A program made the position numbers and the translations under genes. Positions 1 to 14,223 of a DNA stretch of 52,113 nucleotides are shown one piece after another; positions within the stretch are counted from its first letter, which is position 1; every line of letters starts with the position of its first letter. The notes below the pieces were generated by a model that did no database searches, was not told the origin of the DNA, and saw only the letters and a list, made by a program, of their open reading frames with translations. The DNA comes from Planctomycetota bacterium (GTDB taxonomy: Bacteria > Planctomycetota > Planctomycetia > Pirellulales > UBA1268): assembly GCA_046046235.1 (NCBI GenBank), contig JBJOKF010000054.1, positions 1 through 52,113 on the forward strand, in the 5' to 3' direction.

Positions 1-703
1 TGGGCGGCATGTCGTCGAGGGCGAGCGCCGAGCCGATGTCGATGATCTTCGCGTTGCCGGTCCGCTTGACCATGATGTTGGAGCTCTTGATGTCGCCGTG
101 CACGATCCCCTCGCGGTGCAGAGCCGCGAGGCCTGCGAGGCATTCGCGCACGATCGCGATCGCGACGCCCGGCTTCAGCCGAGACTGCACCGGGCCGGCC
201 GTCACGATCACGTCGTTCAGGTGCCGCCAGCGGTCGTCGCCGACGTTGGCCCGTGTCTCGGCGAGCAGTTCGGGCGCCAGCAACCGCGACAGGTCGTAGC
301 CGTCGATCCACTCCATCTCCATGATCCGGATCCGCCGCTGCTCGACGAAGTTGTGGACGTCGAGCAGGTTGTCCTGCTGGATCTGGGCGACGCGGGCCGC
401 GACCTTCGCGATGCGGTTCATGCCCTCGTCGTAGAGCGACTCCGATTCGTACCGTTCGGGCGAGAAGATCTTGAGCGCGACGGGCAGGCTGAAGTTGTCG
501 GTGCCCCGCCGCTCGGTGAGGAAGACCACACCCTGGCCGCCGGCCCCCAGCCGCCGGGTGAGCGCGTGGTAGGCCGTCCACTGCAGGCGGCCCGCCTCCA
601 GGATCTCTCCATAGCGCGAGAGGAGTTCCTCTGGGCAGCGGCTGCCGACCTCTCCGCTGACAGAGACCGTCGGGGGCCCTTCCTGGAAGACGGTCGTGTT
701 CAT
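1..703 (-). CDS. Ser/Thr protein kinase, N-terminal part (gene runs off the left edge)
   Basis: Not in the ORF track because it has no stop codon inside the window. My reverse-complement translation from the ATG at 703 gives MNTTVFQEGPP...GAGGQGVVFL...PVALKIF...HREGIVHGDIKSSNIMVKRTGNAKIIDIGSA. That contains a Gly-rich loop, a VAxK-type lysine, an HxDxKxxN catalytic loop and a DFG-like DIG. Confidence 0.85.
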   Translation of the reverse strand, partial: MNTTVFQEGPPTVSVSGEVGSRCPEELLSRYGEILEAGRLQWTAYHALTRRLGAGGQGVVFLTERRGTDNFSLPVALKIFSPERYESESLYDEGMNRIAKVAARVAQIQQDNLLDVHNFVEQRRIRIMEMEWIDGYDLSRLLAPELLAETRANVGDDRWRHLNDVIVTAGPVQSRLKPGVAIAIVRECLAGLAALHREGIVHGDIKSSNIMVKRTGNAKIIDIGSALALDDMPP

Positions 704-720
704 GCTGTCCGGGCGGCCGT

Positions 721-1713
721 TCATGGCGTGCAGCAACCCGTGGAATCCGGGGGAGGTTCGGGGAAGCCGAGCCGCTTGTCGACGAGATTGCGGAGCGGCT
801 CGCCCTTCAGATACCGCCCGAGATTATCGCAGAAAAAGTCGGTCATCGCATCGATTCGGCGGGCCGACTGCCCGGCGACGTGTGGCGTCATCAGCAGCCG
901 CGGGGCAGTCCAAAGTCGGCTCGTGGCCGGCGGCGGCTCGACCGGTGCCACGTCGATCGCGGCGGAGTCGAGGTGGCCGCTCTCGAGGGCGTCGACGAGG
1001 GCGTTCTCCTCCACGAGCTGGCCCCGCGCCATGTTGACGAGGATCGCACCGCGTTTCATGCGGGCGAGCGCCGCTGCATCGATCAGACCGCGTGTCAGCG
1101 GGGTCAAGGGCGCGCACAGAAAGAGGATGTCCGCCGCGGCGAGAACGTCCGCAAGGGTCTCAGGGCCGCCGAGCCGCTCGACGGCGGCCGGCTTGCGAAT
1201 CGGAAAGTAATCGGTGGCGAGAATGCGCGGGCGGAAGGGCGCGAGCACCTCGACCAATCGTCGGCCCACCCCGCCCAGCCCCACGATGCCGACGGTGGCC
1301 GCGGTGAGGTCACGGGTCGGCCGACGGATGAACTCCCCACGCGACTGCTGCTCGAGGAACAGCGGCAGCCGGCGGGTGCAGGCGATCGCCAAACCGAGGC
1401 CGTGCTCGGCGACCTGGTCGGCCAAGACGCCCGAGGCGCTCGTCACGATGATGTCGGACCCCACGACCGAGGGCACGAGGCAGTGGTCGAGGCCGGCGGC
1501 CGAGGACTGGAGCCAACGGAGCCGCCCGCCGGCCACGACCGCATCCCAGGGCACCGGCACCTTCGGATGGCCGCAGAAGATGTCGGCCGAGGGCAGCTCC
1601 GCGGCCACCCGCTCCTGGCCGGCGTCGATGACATCCGCCTGCGGGGCCGCGGCCTGGATTTGGGCAATGTGGCGGGGTTCTACCGGGTAGCACAGGACGA
1701 TTCGCATGGTCAC
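721..1713 (-). CDS. D-isomer-specific 2-hydroxyacid dehydrogenase family, NAD-binding
   Basis: 330-aa ORF with a GxGxxG fold (GIVGLGGVGRR), NMARG, and a catalytic TPHVAG region. 1713 is a GTG; an ATG two codons in (1707) is an alternative start. It lies 17 nt upstream of the kinase start, so co-transcription is likely. Confidence 0.88.
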   Translation of the reverse strand: MTMRIVLCYPVEPRHIAQIQAAAPQADVIDAGQERVAAELPSADIFCGHPKVPVPWDAVVAGGRLRWLQSSAAGLDHCLVPSVVGSDIIVTSASGVLADQVAEHGLGLAIACTRRLPLFLEQQSRGEFIRRPTRDLTAATVGIVGLGGVGRRLVEVLAPFRPRILATDYFPIRKPAAVERLGGPETLADVLAAADILFLCAPLTPLTRGLIDAAALARMKRGAILVNMARGQLVEENALVDALESGHLDSAAIDVAPVEPPPATSRLWTAPRLLMTPHVAGQSARRIDAMTDFFCDNLGRYLKGEPLRNLVDKRLGFPEPPPDSTGCCTP

Positions 1714-1942
1714 GGTTTTCGCCCGAACGAACCGAAATTGACAAGTCGTTTTCCGCGAGGCCCGACGGGCGGCAGTCCCCAGGCTTGCTGTCCACGGTTT
1801 TCGTGGTTCTATTGATCGATATCGAGCGATTGGGCGGCGTTGGTCTGGCAGTCTCGGGTCGGAAGCGAATCCGTGCCTGGAACGTGCGTGTCAGCCGCTG
1901 CGCCGACGCCCCGCCCCGCGCCCGTGCCCTCCCGGTGAGTTC

Positions 1943-2878
1943 ATGCGTTCGACCCTCTTGGCCGTCGCCGCGTTGGCGTTCCTGCGGATCGTGATCGGCC
2001 TGCACTTCTTCCTGGAAGGGATGAGCCATCTCCGCGATCCGGGCTGGTCGAGTGCGGGCTTCCGCAAGGCGGCGGTGGGTCCGTTGGCGAACTTCTACCG
2101 GGCGCCGTTGCCCGAGACCGGTGACTGGTCCGCCACGCTCGGGAAGGCCGACGGTCGCCCGCTGGCCGAAGCGGCGGAGGCCTGGAAGCGCAACGTGGTC
2201 GCCGCTTGGCGGCTCGCCCTTGCGGAACGCCAGCGGATCGTGCCGCTCGACGCCGCCGCCCGAGAGGCCGCGGAGCGGCAGTTGGCGACTGCAGCCCGGG
2301 AACTCGATGACTTCGTCGGTGGCCTCGGCGAAGACCTCGCGGAATATCGGCTCCAAAGCGAGCGGCTCGCCGCCATGGAACAGTCGCCGACGGCGACGCA
2401 GGTGCCGTTCGCCCGGGATCGGGTGGCGAAGAAGCGTCGGGAGCTCTCGGCCCAGGCCGCGGGCTGGATGAAGGACGTCGACGCGATCGGGAGCCGCCTC
2501 GTTGCGGATTGGGATCGTCCCTTGTCCGCCGCTGATCGGCTAACGCTCGGCCGGGAGGCCTCCCGGCCGCCCCTGTGGAAGGCCGATCGATTCGTCAGTT
2601 GGGCGCTCGTGACCATCGGCGCCTGCCTGGTGGTGGGCTTCCTCGTGCCGTTCCACGCCATGGGGGGCGCCTGCTTCCTGGCCAGCGTGGTCGCCTCGCA
2701 GCCGTTTTGGGTGCCGGGCGCGCAGGCCACGTACGATCAATGGGTGGAACTGGCCGCGCTCTTGGCGATCGCCAGCCTGCCGGCCGGCGGCTGGAGCGGC
2801 CTGGACTTTTTCCTGGGCAAATTGCTGGGTCGGTGGTGTCCCTTGTCCGGGTGCGGCCGGACGACCGAAGCCGGCTGA
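1943..2878 (+). CDS. DoxX-like integral membrane protein with a long soluble insertion
   Basis: 311-aa ORF. The N-terminus (LRIVIGLHFFLEGMSHL) and the C-terminal hydrophobic helices resemble DoxX-family proteins. GGTGAG sits just upstream of the ATG. The family call rests on motif memory only. Confidence 0.5.
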   Translation: MRSTLLAVAALAFLRIVIGLHFFLEGMSHLRDPGWSSAGFRKAAVGPLANFYRAPLPETGDWSATLGKADGRPLAEAAEAWKRNVVAAWRLALAERQRIVPLDAAAREAAERQLATAARELDDFVGGLGEDLAEYRLQSERLAAMEQSPTATQVPFARDRVAKKRRELSAQAAGWMKDVDAIGSRLVADWDRPLSAADRLTLGREASRPPLWKADRFVSWALVTIGACLVVGFLVPFHAMGGACFLASVVASQPFWVPGAQATYDQWVELAALLAIASLPAGGWSGLDFFLGKLLGRWCPLSGCGRTTEAG

Positions 2879-2911
2879 CGCCGGCGCAATCCCCGCACGG
2901 GAGGCAATGCG

Positions 2912-4597
2912 ATGCATCTTTCGGAATCCCAGAAGGTGATCGGCAAGGAGAACTTCGCCGACGCCGTGGCCATCACGAGGCGCGACTTCCTCACCGGCAC
3001 ACTGGCGGCCGGCCTGGCCACCGGTGCGGGGCTGGGATCGATCTACTTCGGCTACGGCAAGAGCGTCGGCGACCCGCTGCGGGTGGGCGTGCTCGGCACC
3101 GGCGACGAAGGCAGCGTGCTCCTCGGCGCGCACAACCCCGACTACTTGAATGTCGTCGCGATCGCGGACATCCGTCCCTACAACCAGTTTCGCGCCTTCC
3201 ACGGCGACGTCTCGAGCCCGAGCGCCAATACCGCCCGGCCTGGCCTCATGGCCAAGTACAAGTGGGCGAGCGAGGACGAGGCCCGCCGGCACGTGAAGGT
3301 CTACGGAGCCTACGAGGAACTGCTCGCGGATGACGCTATCGAGGCAGTGATCATCGCCCTGCCCCTCCACCTCCACGCCGAGGCGGCGATCAAGGCGATG
3401 CGGGCGGGCAAGCACGTGCTCACCGAGAAGCTCATGGGCCACTCGATCCACGAATGCAAGGAGATGGGCCGGGTCTCCCGCGAGACCGGCAAGATCCTCG
3501 CCACGGGCCACCAGCGGCACTACAGCGTGCTCTACGACAATGCCGTGCACACGATCGGGAAGGCCCGGCTGCTCGGCGACCTGCACTCGATCCGGGCCCA
3601 GTGGCACCGCGGCAACCTCCCGGGCAACGACAGCTGGAAGCCGCCGATGCCCGACGACGCGTCGCTGGCGAAGAAGCTCGTCGGTTGGAAGAAGGACCTC
3701 GACGCCGCCAAGCCGGCCGACATCCCGGCCCTCACCAAGAAAATCGCCCAGCTCGAGGCGCAGATCACGGACAAGGCCGTCGACGCGGCCACGTACGGTT
3801 ACACGCCGATGACGCTCGGCGACGGCAGCACGCGGACGCCGCTCGAGGAGCTGATCCGGTGGCGGCTGTGGAACCGCACCGGCGGCGGCCTCATGGCAGA
3901 GCTCGGCAGCCACCAACTCGACGCCGCCGGCATCTTCGTGTCGGCGATGCACGGCGAGGGCAAGAAGGTGAAGCCGCTCACGGTCACCGCCGTCGGCAAC
4001 CGCAGCATCTTCCCGGCCGATCGGGAGATCGACGACCACGTCTACTGCATGTACGAGTACCCGGCCCCCGGCTACGAGCAGGACAAGAACAAGAAGATCG
4101 TCGTCACCTACTCCTCCATCAACGGAAACGGGTTCGGGGACTACGGTGAGGTCGTGATGGGCACGAAGGGCACGCTCGTGCTCGAGCGGGAGCAGGAGGT
4201 GATGCTCTACAAGGGTGCCGCCAAGGACACCCGCGTGACGGTCGCCAAGGGGAAGGACGGCGCTCCGGCGCTCGACACGACCGAGAGTGGAGGCGGTGGC
4301 GGCAGCCAGGCGGCCGCCGGCAAGGGCGGCGGCGACGCCCCCCCGTCCCGTGGCTACACCGAGGAGATGGAACACTGGGCCTGGTGCATCCGCAATCCGT
4401 CGCCCGAGAACCAGCCCCGCTGCAAGCCGGAGGTGGCCATCGCCGACGCGGTCATCGCGCTCGTGAGCAACGTGGCGCTGGCGAACCCCGAGACGCAGGC
4501 GCGGATCGTGTTCAAGCCGGAGTGGTTCGACATCTCGAGCGACGAGACTCCCGAGGGCGTGAAGCCCGACATCGGCCGCGACCGCTACAAGATCTGA
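2912..4597 (+). CDS. Gfo/Idh/MocA family oxidoreductase with twin-arginine (TAT) signal
   Basis: 561-aa ORF with a TRRDFLTGTLAAGLATGAG TAT-type leader, followed by a Rossmann N-terminus (RVGVLGTGDEG) and a typical Gfo/Idh/MocA core (EKLM, GHQRHY). Confidence 0.88.
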   Translation: MHLSESQKVIGKENFADAVAITRRDFLTGTLAAGLATGAGLGSIYFGYGKSVGDPLRVGVLGTGDEGSVLLGAHNPDYLNVVAIADIRPYNQFRAFHGDVSSPSANTARPGLMAKYKWASEDEARRHVKVYGAYEELLADDAIEAVIIALPLHLHAEAAIKAMRAGKHVLTEKLMGHSIHECKEMGRVSRETGKILATGHQRHYSVLYDNAVHTIGKARLLGDLHSIRAQWHRGNLPGNDSWKPPMPDDASLAKKLVGWKKDLDAAKPADIPALTKKIAQLEAQITDKAVDAATYGYTPMTLGDGSTRTPLEELIRWRLWNRTGGGLMAELGSHQLDAAGIFVSAMHGEGKKVKPLTVTAVGNRSIFPADREIDDHVYCMYEYPAPGYEQDKNKKIVVTYSSINGNGFGDYGEVVMGTKGTLVLEREQEVMLYKGAAKDTRVTVAKGKDGAPALDTTESGGGGGSQAAAGKGGGDAPPSRGYTEEMEHWAWCIRNPSPENQPRCKPEVAIADAVIALVSNVALANPETQARIVFKPEWFDISSDETPEGVKPDIGRDRYKI

Positions 4598-4609
4598 GAA
4601 GTGAGCGGG

Positions 4610-4647
4610 TTATCCAGGGCCGCCGGGGTTACCCAGGGCCGCAGGGG
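4610..4647. repeat. Tandem 19-nt direct repeat TTAYCCAGGGCCGCNGGGG x2 in a convergent intergenic region
   Basis: Read directly: 4610-4628 TTATCCAGGGCCGCCGGGG and 4629-4647 TTACCCAGGGCCGCAGGGG (17/19 identical). Confidence 0.6.
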
Positions 4648-4793
4648 TGGCCCGTACCCTCTCGCCGGACGTTCGAAGCGGGCGTCGTGCCCGCCTCTCA
4701 CTGCGGTGAAAGCTGCGCTTCGCAATCCTTGCTGCGCTTGCTTTCACAGCCCGCTCGAGGGCACGGGCAACCCCTCCTCGAAGCCGGAATATC

Positions 4794-7766
<2,973 letters not shown>

Positions 7767-7821
7767 CGCGGGCTCCGAGGATATAGGCGATCGGCGGCGG
7801 GGCGTGGCCCCGGGCCGCGAC

Positions 7822-7985
7822 GCTGTTGTCCTGGAACCTGAGAGATTCGCCGCGGGCGCGTGTCCGCGGGTTGCCCCTTCGGTGGGCGTTGCCCGTGGGG
7901 CCACGCCTCTCTCCAACAGTGCGATGTGTCAGTACTTTTGCCTGAGCGTTCAGCCTTCGGCGGTCCTAGGACTCTCTCCTGACGA
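7822..7985 (-). promoter_or_regulatory. Tandem glycine riboswitch (two aptamers) in the gcvP leader
   Basis: On the minus strand, aptamer 1 reads AGGAGAGAGUCCUAGGACCGCCGAAGGCUGAACGCUCAGGCAAAAGUACUG. Aptamer 2 reads UGGAGAGAGGCGUGGCCCCACGGGCAACGCCCACCGAAGGGGCAACCCGCGGACACGCGCCCGCGGCGAAUCUCUCAGGUUCCAGGACAACAG. Both carry the conserved GGAGAG...CACCGAAGGGGCAA...CUCUCAGG...GGAC signature and sit upstream of a glycine-cleavage gene. Confidence 0.85.
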
Positions 7986-7990
7986 TTGGA

Positions 7991-8019
7991 AGCATAGCCT
8001 CGTCCCGCCGTGGCGGCAA
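7991..8019 (-). promoter_or_regulatory. Candidate sigma-70 promoter for the riboswitch-gcvP transcript
   Basis: On the minus strand: TTGCCG (8019-8014), a 17-nt spacer, then TATGCT (7996-7991). This ends about 10 nt before the first riboswitch aptamer. Confidence 0.4.
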
Positions 8020-8370
8020 CGAATGTTCACCCCCGCGGCCCCGGGGCACGCTGGACGGTCCGGTGGGACGAGGCTAATTTTTGAGTACAGGTCTGTCCGA
8101 CGGCGATTCTGGACGCGGTCGGGCGGGCACTGGACCACTGCGAAGCCGTGCGGCCGCCTTGTCGCGGCCCCGGTCTGTCGCGGCGGTTCATGCGGTTGAA
8201 GTTTCGGACTGCCCGTTTCGATCCCTCCCACCTTCCCTCCAGATTTCCCACGCCGTGGCATCTTCGGCTTCCCAGGCGGGGACCCGACGACGCCGTGCAG
8301 AGGTCTCACCACGGTCCGTGTGGAGGCCTGCGCGTGCCACGGCCTTCCTCCCAAGGTCAGGAGTTGTGCC

Positions 8371-9741
8371 ATGCCGCCTCGGCTCAAGCGTGCCCGCCTC
8401 ACCCGCGTCGAACTTCTGTCGGCGCTCGCGACGTGGGGTATGTCGATCCTCACGACCGCCGCCCTCGCGGCCGTCGGTTGGTTCGGCCATGCCACCCACT
8501 GGACCTTCGGGCTCGGCGATCGTGGCGGCCATGGTGCCACGCATGAGGCCTGGCATGGGAGTGCCACGGCCGATGTGCCGGCCCCGGCGGGCAACGCCCC
8601 CGACGCGGCGGTGACGTTCGGATCGGAGGAGGCTGTCGCCCGGACCGGCATCGAACTGGTGCCTGTGGAGCAACGGCCCATGGCCGGCGAGCTGATCGCC
8701 AGCGGCGTCGTCCAGTACGACCAACGGCACATCGCGCAGCTGTCTGCCAGAGTGCCGGGCACCGTCTGGCGGGTGGTAAAGCATCTCGGCGACACCGTGC
8801 GGAAGGGGGACGTGCTGCTCGTGATCGAGAGCGGCCACGTCGGCGAACTCAAGGCCGACTTCTTGAACGCCTTGGTCGCCCACGAGGCGCGTCGCGAGCA
8901 GCTCACGATCCTGGAGGAGGTGCAGGGGGCGGTGATGGGCCGCCAGCTTCGCGAGGCGCGGTCGGCGCTGCGGGAAGCCCGGAATCGGCTCACCATCGCC
9001 GAGCAGGCGCTCGTGAATCTCGGGCTCGACGTGGCGATCGCCGACTACGAGCCGCTCGACGACCGGGCCCGCGCCGCCAGGATCCGCACGGTCGGCCTGC
9101 CGGAATCGCTCGTGGCGGCGCTCGACCCCGACCGGATCACCTCCAACCTGCTGCCGCTCTACGCGCCCTTCGAAGGCATCGTGATCGGCCGCGACGCCGT
9201 CGTCGGCGAGGTTGTCGACCCAACCGAGCCGATTTTCGAAGTTGCCGACGTCTCGACGATGTGGATCGTCCTCAACGTCAGCAAGGAGGACGCGGGCCGG
9301 GTGGCGCTCGGCCAGCGGGTGCGGTTTCTGCCCGACGGCGCGACGGACGAGCACGAAAGCCGTGTCTCGTGGATCAGCACCGAGGTGGACGAGCAGTCGC
9401 GGACGCTCGAAGTGCGGGCGGAGATCGGCAACGCCGCCCGATCCGCCCTGCGGGCCAACACCTTCGGCAAGGGACGCATCGAGATCGATCGCCGCGGGAC
9501 GGCGCTCGTCGTGCCGCGAAACTGCGTTCAATGGGACGGCAGCCGGTGGGTCGTCTTCGTGCCCGAGGGCCCGACCCGCTTCACGGCGCGGCCGGTGCGC
9601 ACGGGCCTCGAGCAGGGCGACCTCGTGGAGATCCTCGGCGACTTCGCCGAGACGGCCGTGCCGACGCACGTCGTCGGCGCCGGCAGCCATGTGCTCAAGA
9701 GCCAGTTGCTTCTGGAGCGGATGGAGGCCGGGGAGTTGTGA
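8371..9741 (+). CDS. Efflux RND transporter periplasmic adaptor subunit (CzcB/CusB-like)
   Basis: The ORF 8320..9741 has a membrane anchor, a His-rich segment (GHATHWTFGLGDRGGHGATHEAWHG), then a lipoyl/beta-barrel HlyD-type core (VPGTVWRVVKHLGDTVRKGDVLLVIES). I chose the ATG at 8371 (MPPRLKRARL), which is preceded by AGGTCAGGAG. Confidence 0.85.
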   Translation: MPPRLKRARLTRVELLSALATWGMSILTTAALAAVGWFGHATHWTFGLGDRGGHGATHEAWHGSATADVPAPAGNAPDAAVTFGSEEAVARTGIELVPVEQRPMAGELIASGVVQYDQRHIAQLSARVPGTVWRVVKHLGDTVRKGDVLLVIESGHVGELKADFLNALVAHEARREQLTILEEVQGAVMGRQLREARSALREARNRLTIAEQALVNLGLDVAIADYEPLDDRARAARIRTVGLPESLVAALDPDRITSNLLPLYAPFEGIVIGRDAVVGEVVDPTEPIFEVADVSTMWIVLNVSKEDAGRVALGQRVRFLPDGATDEHESRVSWISTEVDEQSRTLEVRAEIGNAARSALRANTFGKGRIEIDRRGTALVVPRNCVQWDGSRWVVFVPEGPTRFTARPVRTGLEQGDLVEILGDFAETAVPTHVVGAGSHVLKSQLLLERMEAGEL

Positions 9742-9833
9742 CGCCCGGGGCAAGCCCCGCTCGGATCGCGGGCCGCGCGGCGGCCATGCGTCGGCGGGCC
9801 TGACGTGCGGAATCACTCCCGAAGAACGCAGAC

Positions 9834-12953
<3,120 letters not shown>

Positions 12954-12975
12954 CGCCGCTCGCTCTCCGCGGGGG

Positions 12976-13003
12976 CACGTTTTTCAACGTGTCGAATCCG
13001 GGC
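12976..13003 (+). repeat. 28-nt palindromic dispersed repeat, copy 1 (CACGTTTTTCAACGTGTCGAATCCGGGC)
   Basis: 27/28 identical to the reverse complement of 23256-23283. It lies between the convergent stop codons at 12953 (+) and 13023 (-). Confidence 0.8.
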
Positions 13004-13022
13004 CGGCTGGGTGGCCCCGGTG

Positions 13023-14174
13023 CTAGCCGATGTCGAGGAAGCTCGGCAGCGGGGCGTCGACGGGGAGGCAGAGGATGGTGCGGAGCTCCGCGGCCTCTGC
13101 CGCGGAGAGCGGCACGAAGAAGACGGGATCCTGGCAGAGCGAGGGATCGACGAGGCGGTAGCCGACCACCTCCGTGCCCTGCACGATCGGGGTCCGCCCG
13201 TAGCCGTACATCATGTTGTCGACCTTGTCGAAGAAGTCGCCCAGCGTGACCGTCTCCGGCCGAGGGCGGCGGACGTAAAAGAGTTCGATCACGTCCTTCC
13301 AGAAGTGCGGCACGAACTTCTCGCCGAAGTCGGCGTGGCCGACGCGGTCGCGGTTGGTGCCGGCGATCATGACCGGAAGGGAGGCGAGTCCCAGGCCTCG
13401 CTCGCGACACCGTGCCTCGATCGCCGTGCCCAGCCGGATGAGAAAATCGGCGCTGTAGCAATCGTCGCAGACGAGCACGACGTGCCCCAGGTCCACCGGG
13501 CCCACTGTGGCTTCGCCGGGGGGCGGTAGCAAAGCTTCGGCGAGGCGGCCGAACGGGATCGCATAGCTCTGGATCTCCTCGGGCGACCCGTGACCGAGCA
13601 CGACGACAGTGGTTGGATTACGTCTTGCCGCGGACTCCGCCACGGCCGCAAGGAACCGGTCGGCGACCTGGCGGATCGTGTCGGCCGCGGGATCCTGTTT
13701 GAAGACCGCGGCGCGGGCGCCGTAGCCCGCCGCGATCGCCGTAATCTCCTTGGGGTCGAGGCCGCGGGCCGGGTCGAGCAGGCCGATGATGCGGCGGCCG
13801 GGGCCGATCACCACACGATCTTCGGTGGCAGACCGCATGCGGTCGATGAAGGCGGCGAGCTTCGCGATGCGGGCCAGACGCTCGTCGTCGCCGAGCGCCT
13901 GCAACGTCGCGGCGTGATCGGCGCAGAGGTGATAGAGCGAGGGCTCGATCTGGCGATAGTGGCGGGGGGACGCCCCCAGGCGGGCGGCGACCACCGGAGA
14001 GACCTCGGACTGGAAGGTGGCGAAGTCTCCGAGCCACCGCTCGCCTTGCGCCACGGCGACGAGAGCCGCGGCTGCCACCTGGTAGGCGGCGACGCAGATC
14101 AAGCCGCGCATGTCGAGGCGGTGTGCGTCGTGCCGCCGGCGGAGTACTGGTGACAACAACTGCGGGAGAATCAT
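13023..14174 (-). CDS. Hypothetical protein with a caspase/legumain-like His...Cys arrangement
   Basis: 383-aa ORF, 49 nt downstream of the PEP-CTERM gene on the same strand. It contains TTVVVLGHGSPEE (His195) and, 41-44 residues later, HVVLVCDDCYSADF. An alternative start at MRGLICVAAYQVAAAALVAVAQG (14111) would give a signal/anchor-like N-terminus. Confidence 0.6.
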   Translation of the reverse strand: MILPQLLSPVLRRRHDAHRLDMRGLICVAAYQVAAAALVAVAQGERWLGDFATFQSEVSPVVAARLGASPRHYRQIEPSLYHLCADHAATLQALGDDERLARIAKLAAFIDRMRSATEDRVVIGPGRRIIGLLDPARGLDPKEITAIAAGYGARAAVFKQDPAADTIRQVADRFLAAVAESAARRNPTTVVVLGHGSPEEIQSYAIPFGRLAEALLPPPGEATVGPVDLGHVVLVCDDCYSADFLIRLGTAIEARCRERGLGLASLPVMIAGTNRDRVGHADFGEKFVPHFWKDVIELFYVRRPRPETVTLGDFFDKVDNMMYGYGRTPIVQGTEVVGYRLVDPSLCQDPVFFVPLSAAEAAELRTILCLPVDAPLPSFLDIG

Positions 14175-14223
14175 GACGCGTGCGGCCGCGGCGGGGATGC
14201 CGGTCTTGTTCCCCTGCCCCGCG

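Noticed and set aside
12985-13003. tRNA fragment or att site, suggested by GTGTCGAATCCGGGC resembling a T-loop (TCGAATCC).
   Set aside because: The flanking bases cannot form a 5-bp T stem or a 7-bp acceptor stem, and no D arm or anticodon arm is present. I found no convincing tRNA cloverleaf anywhere in the window, though I only searched by eye.
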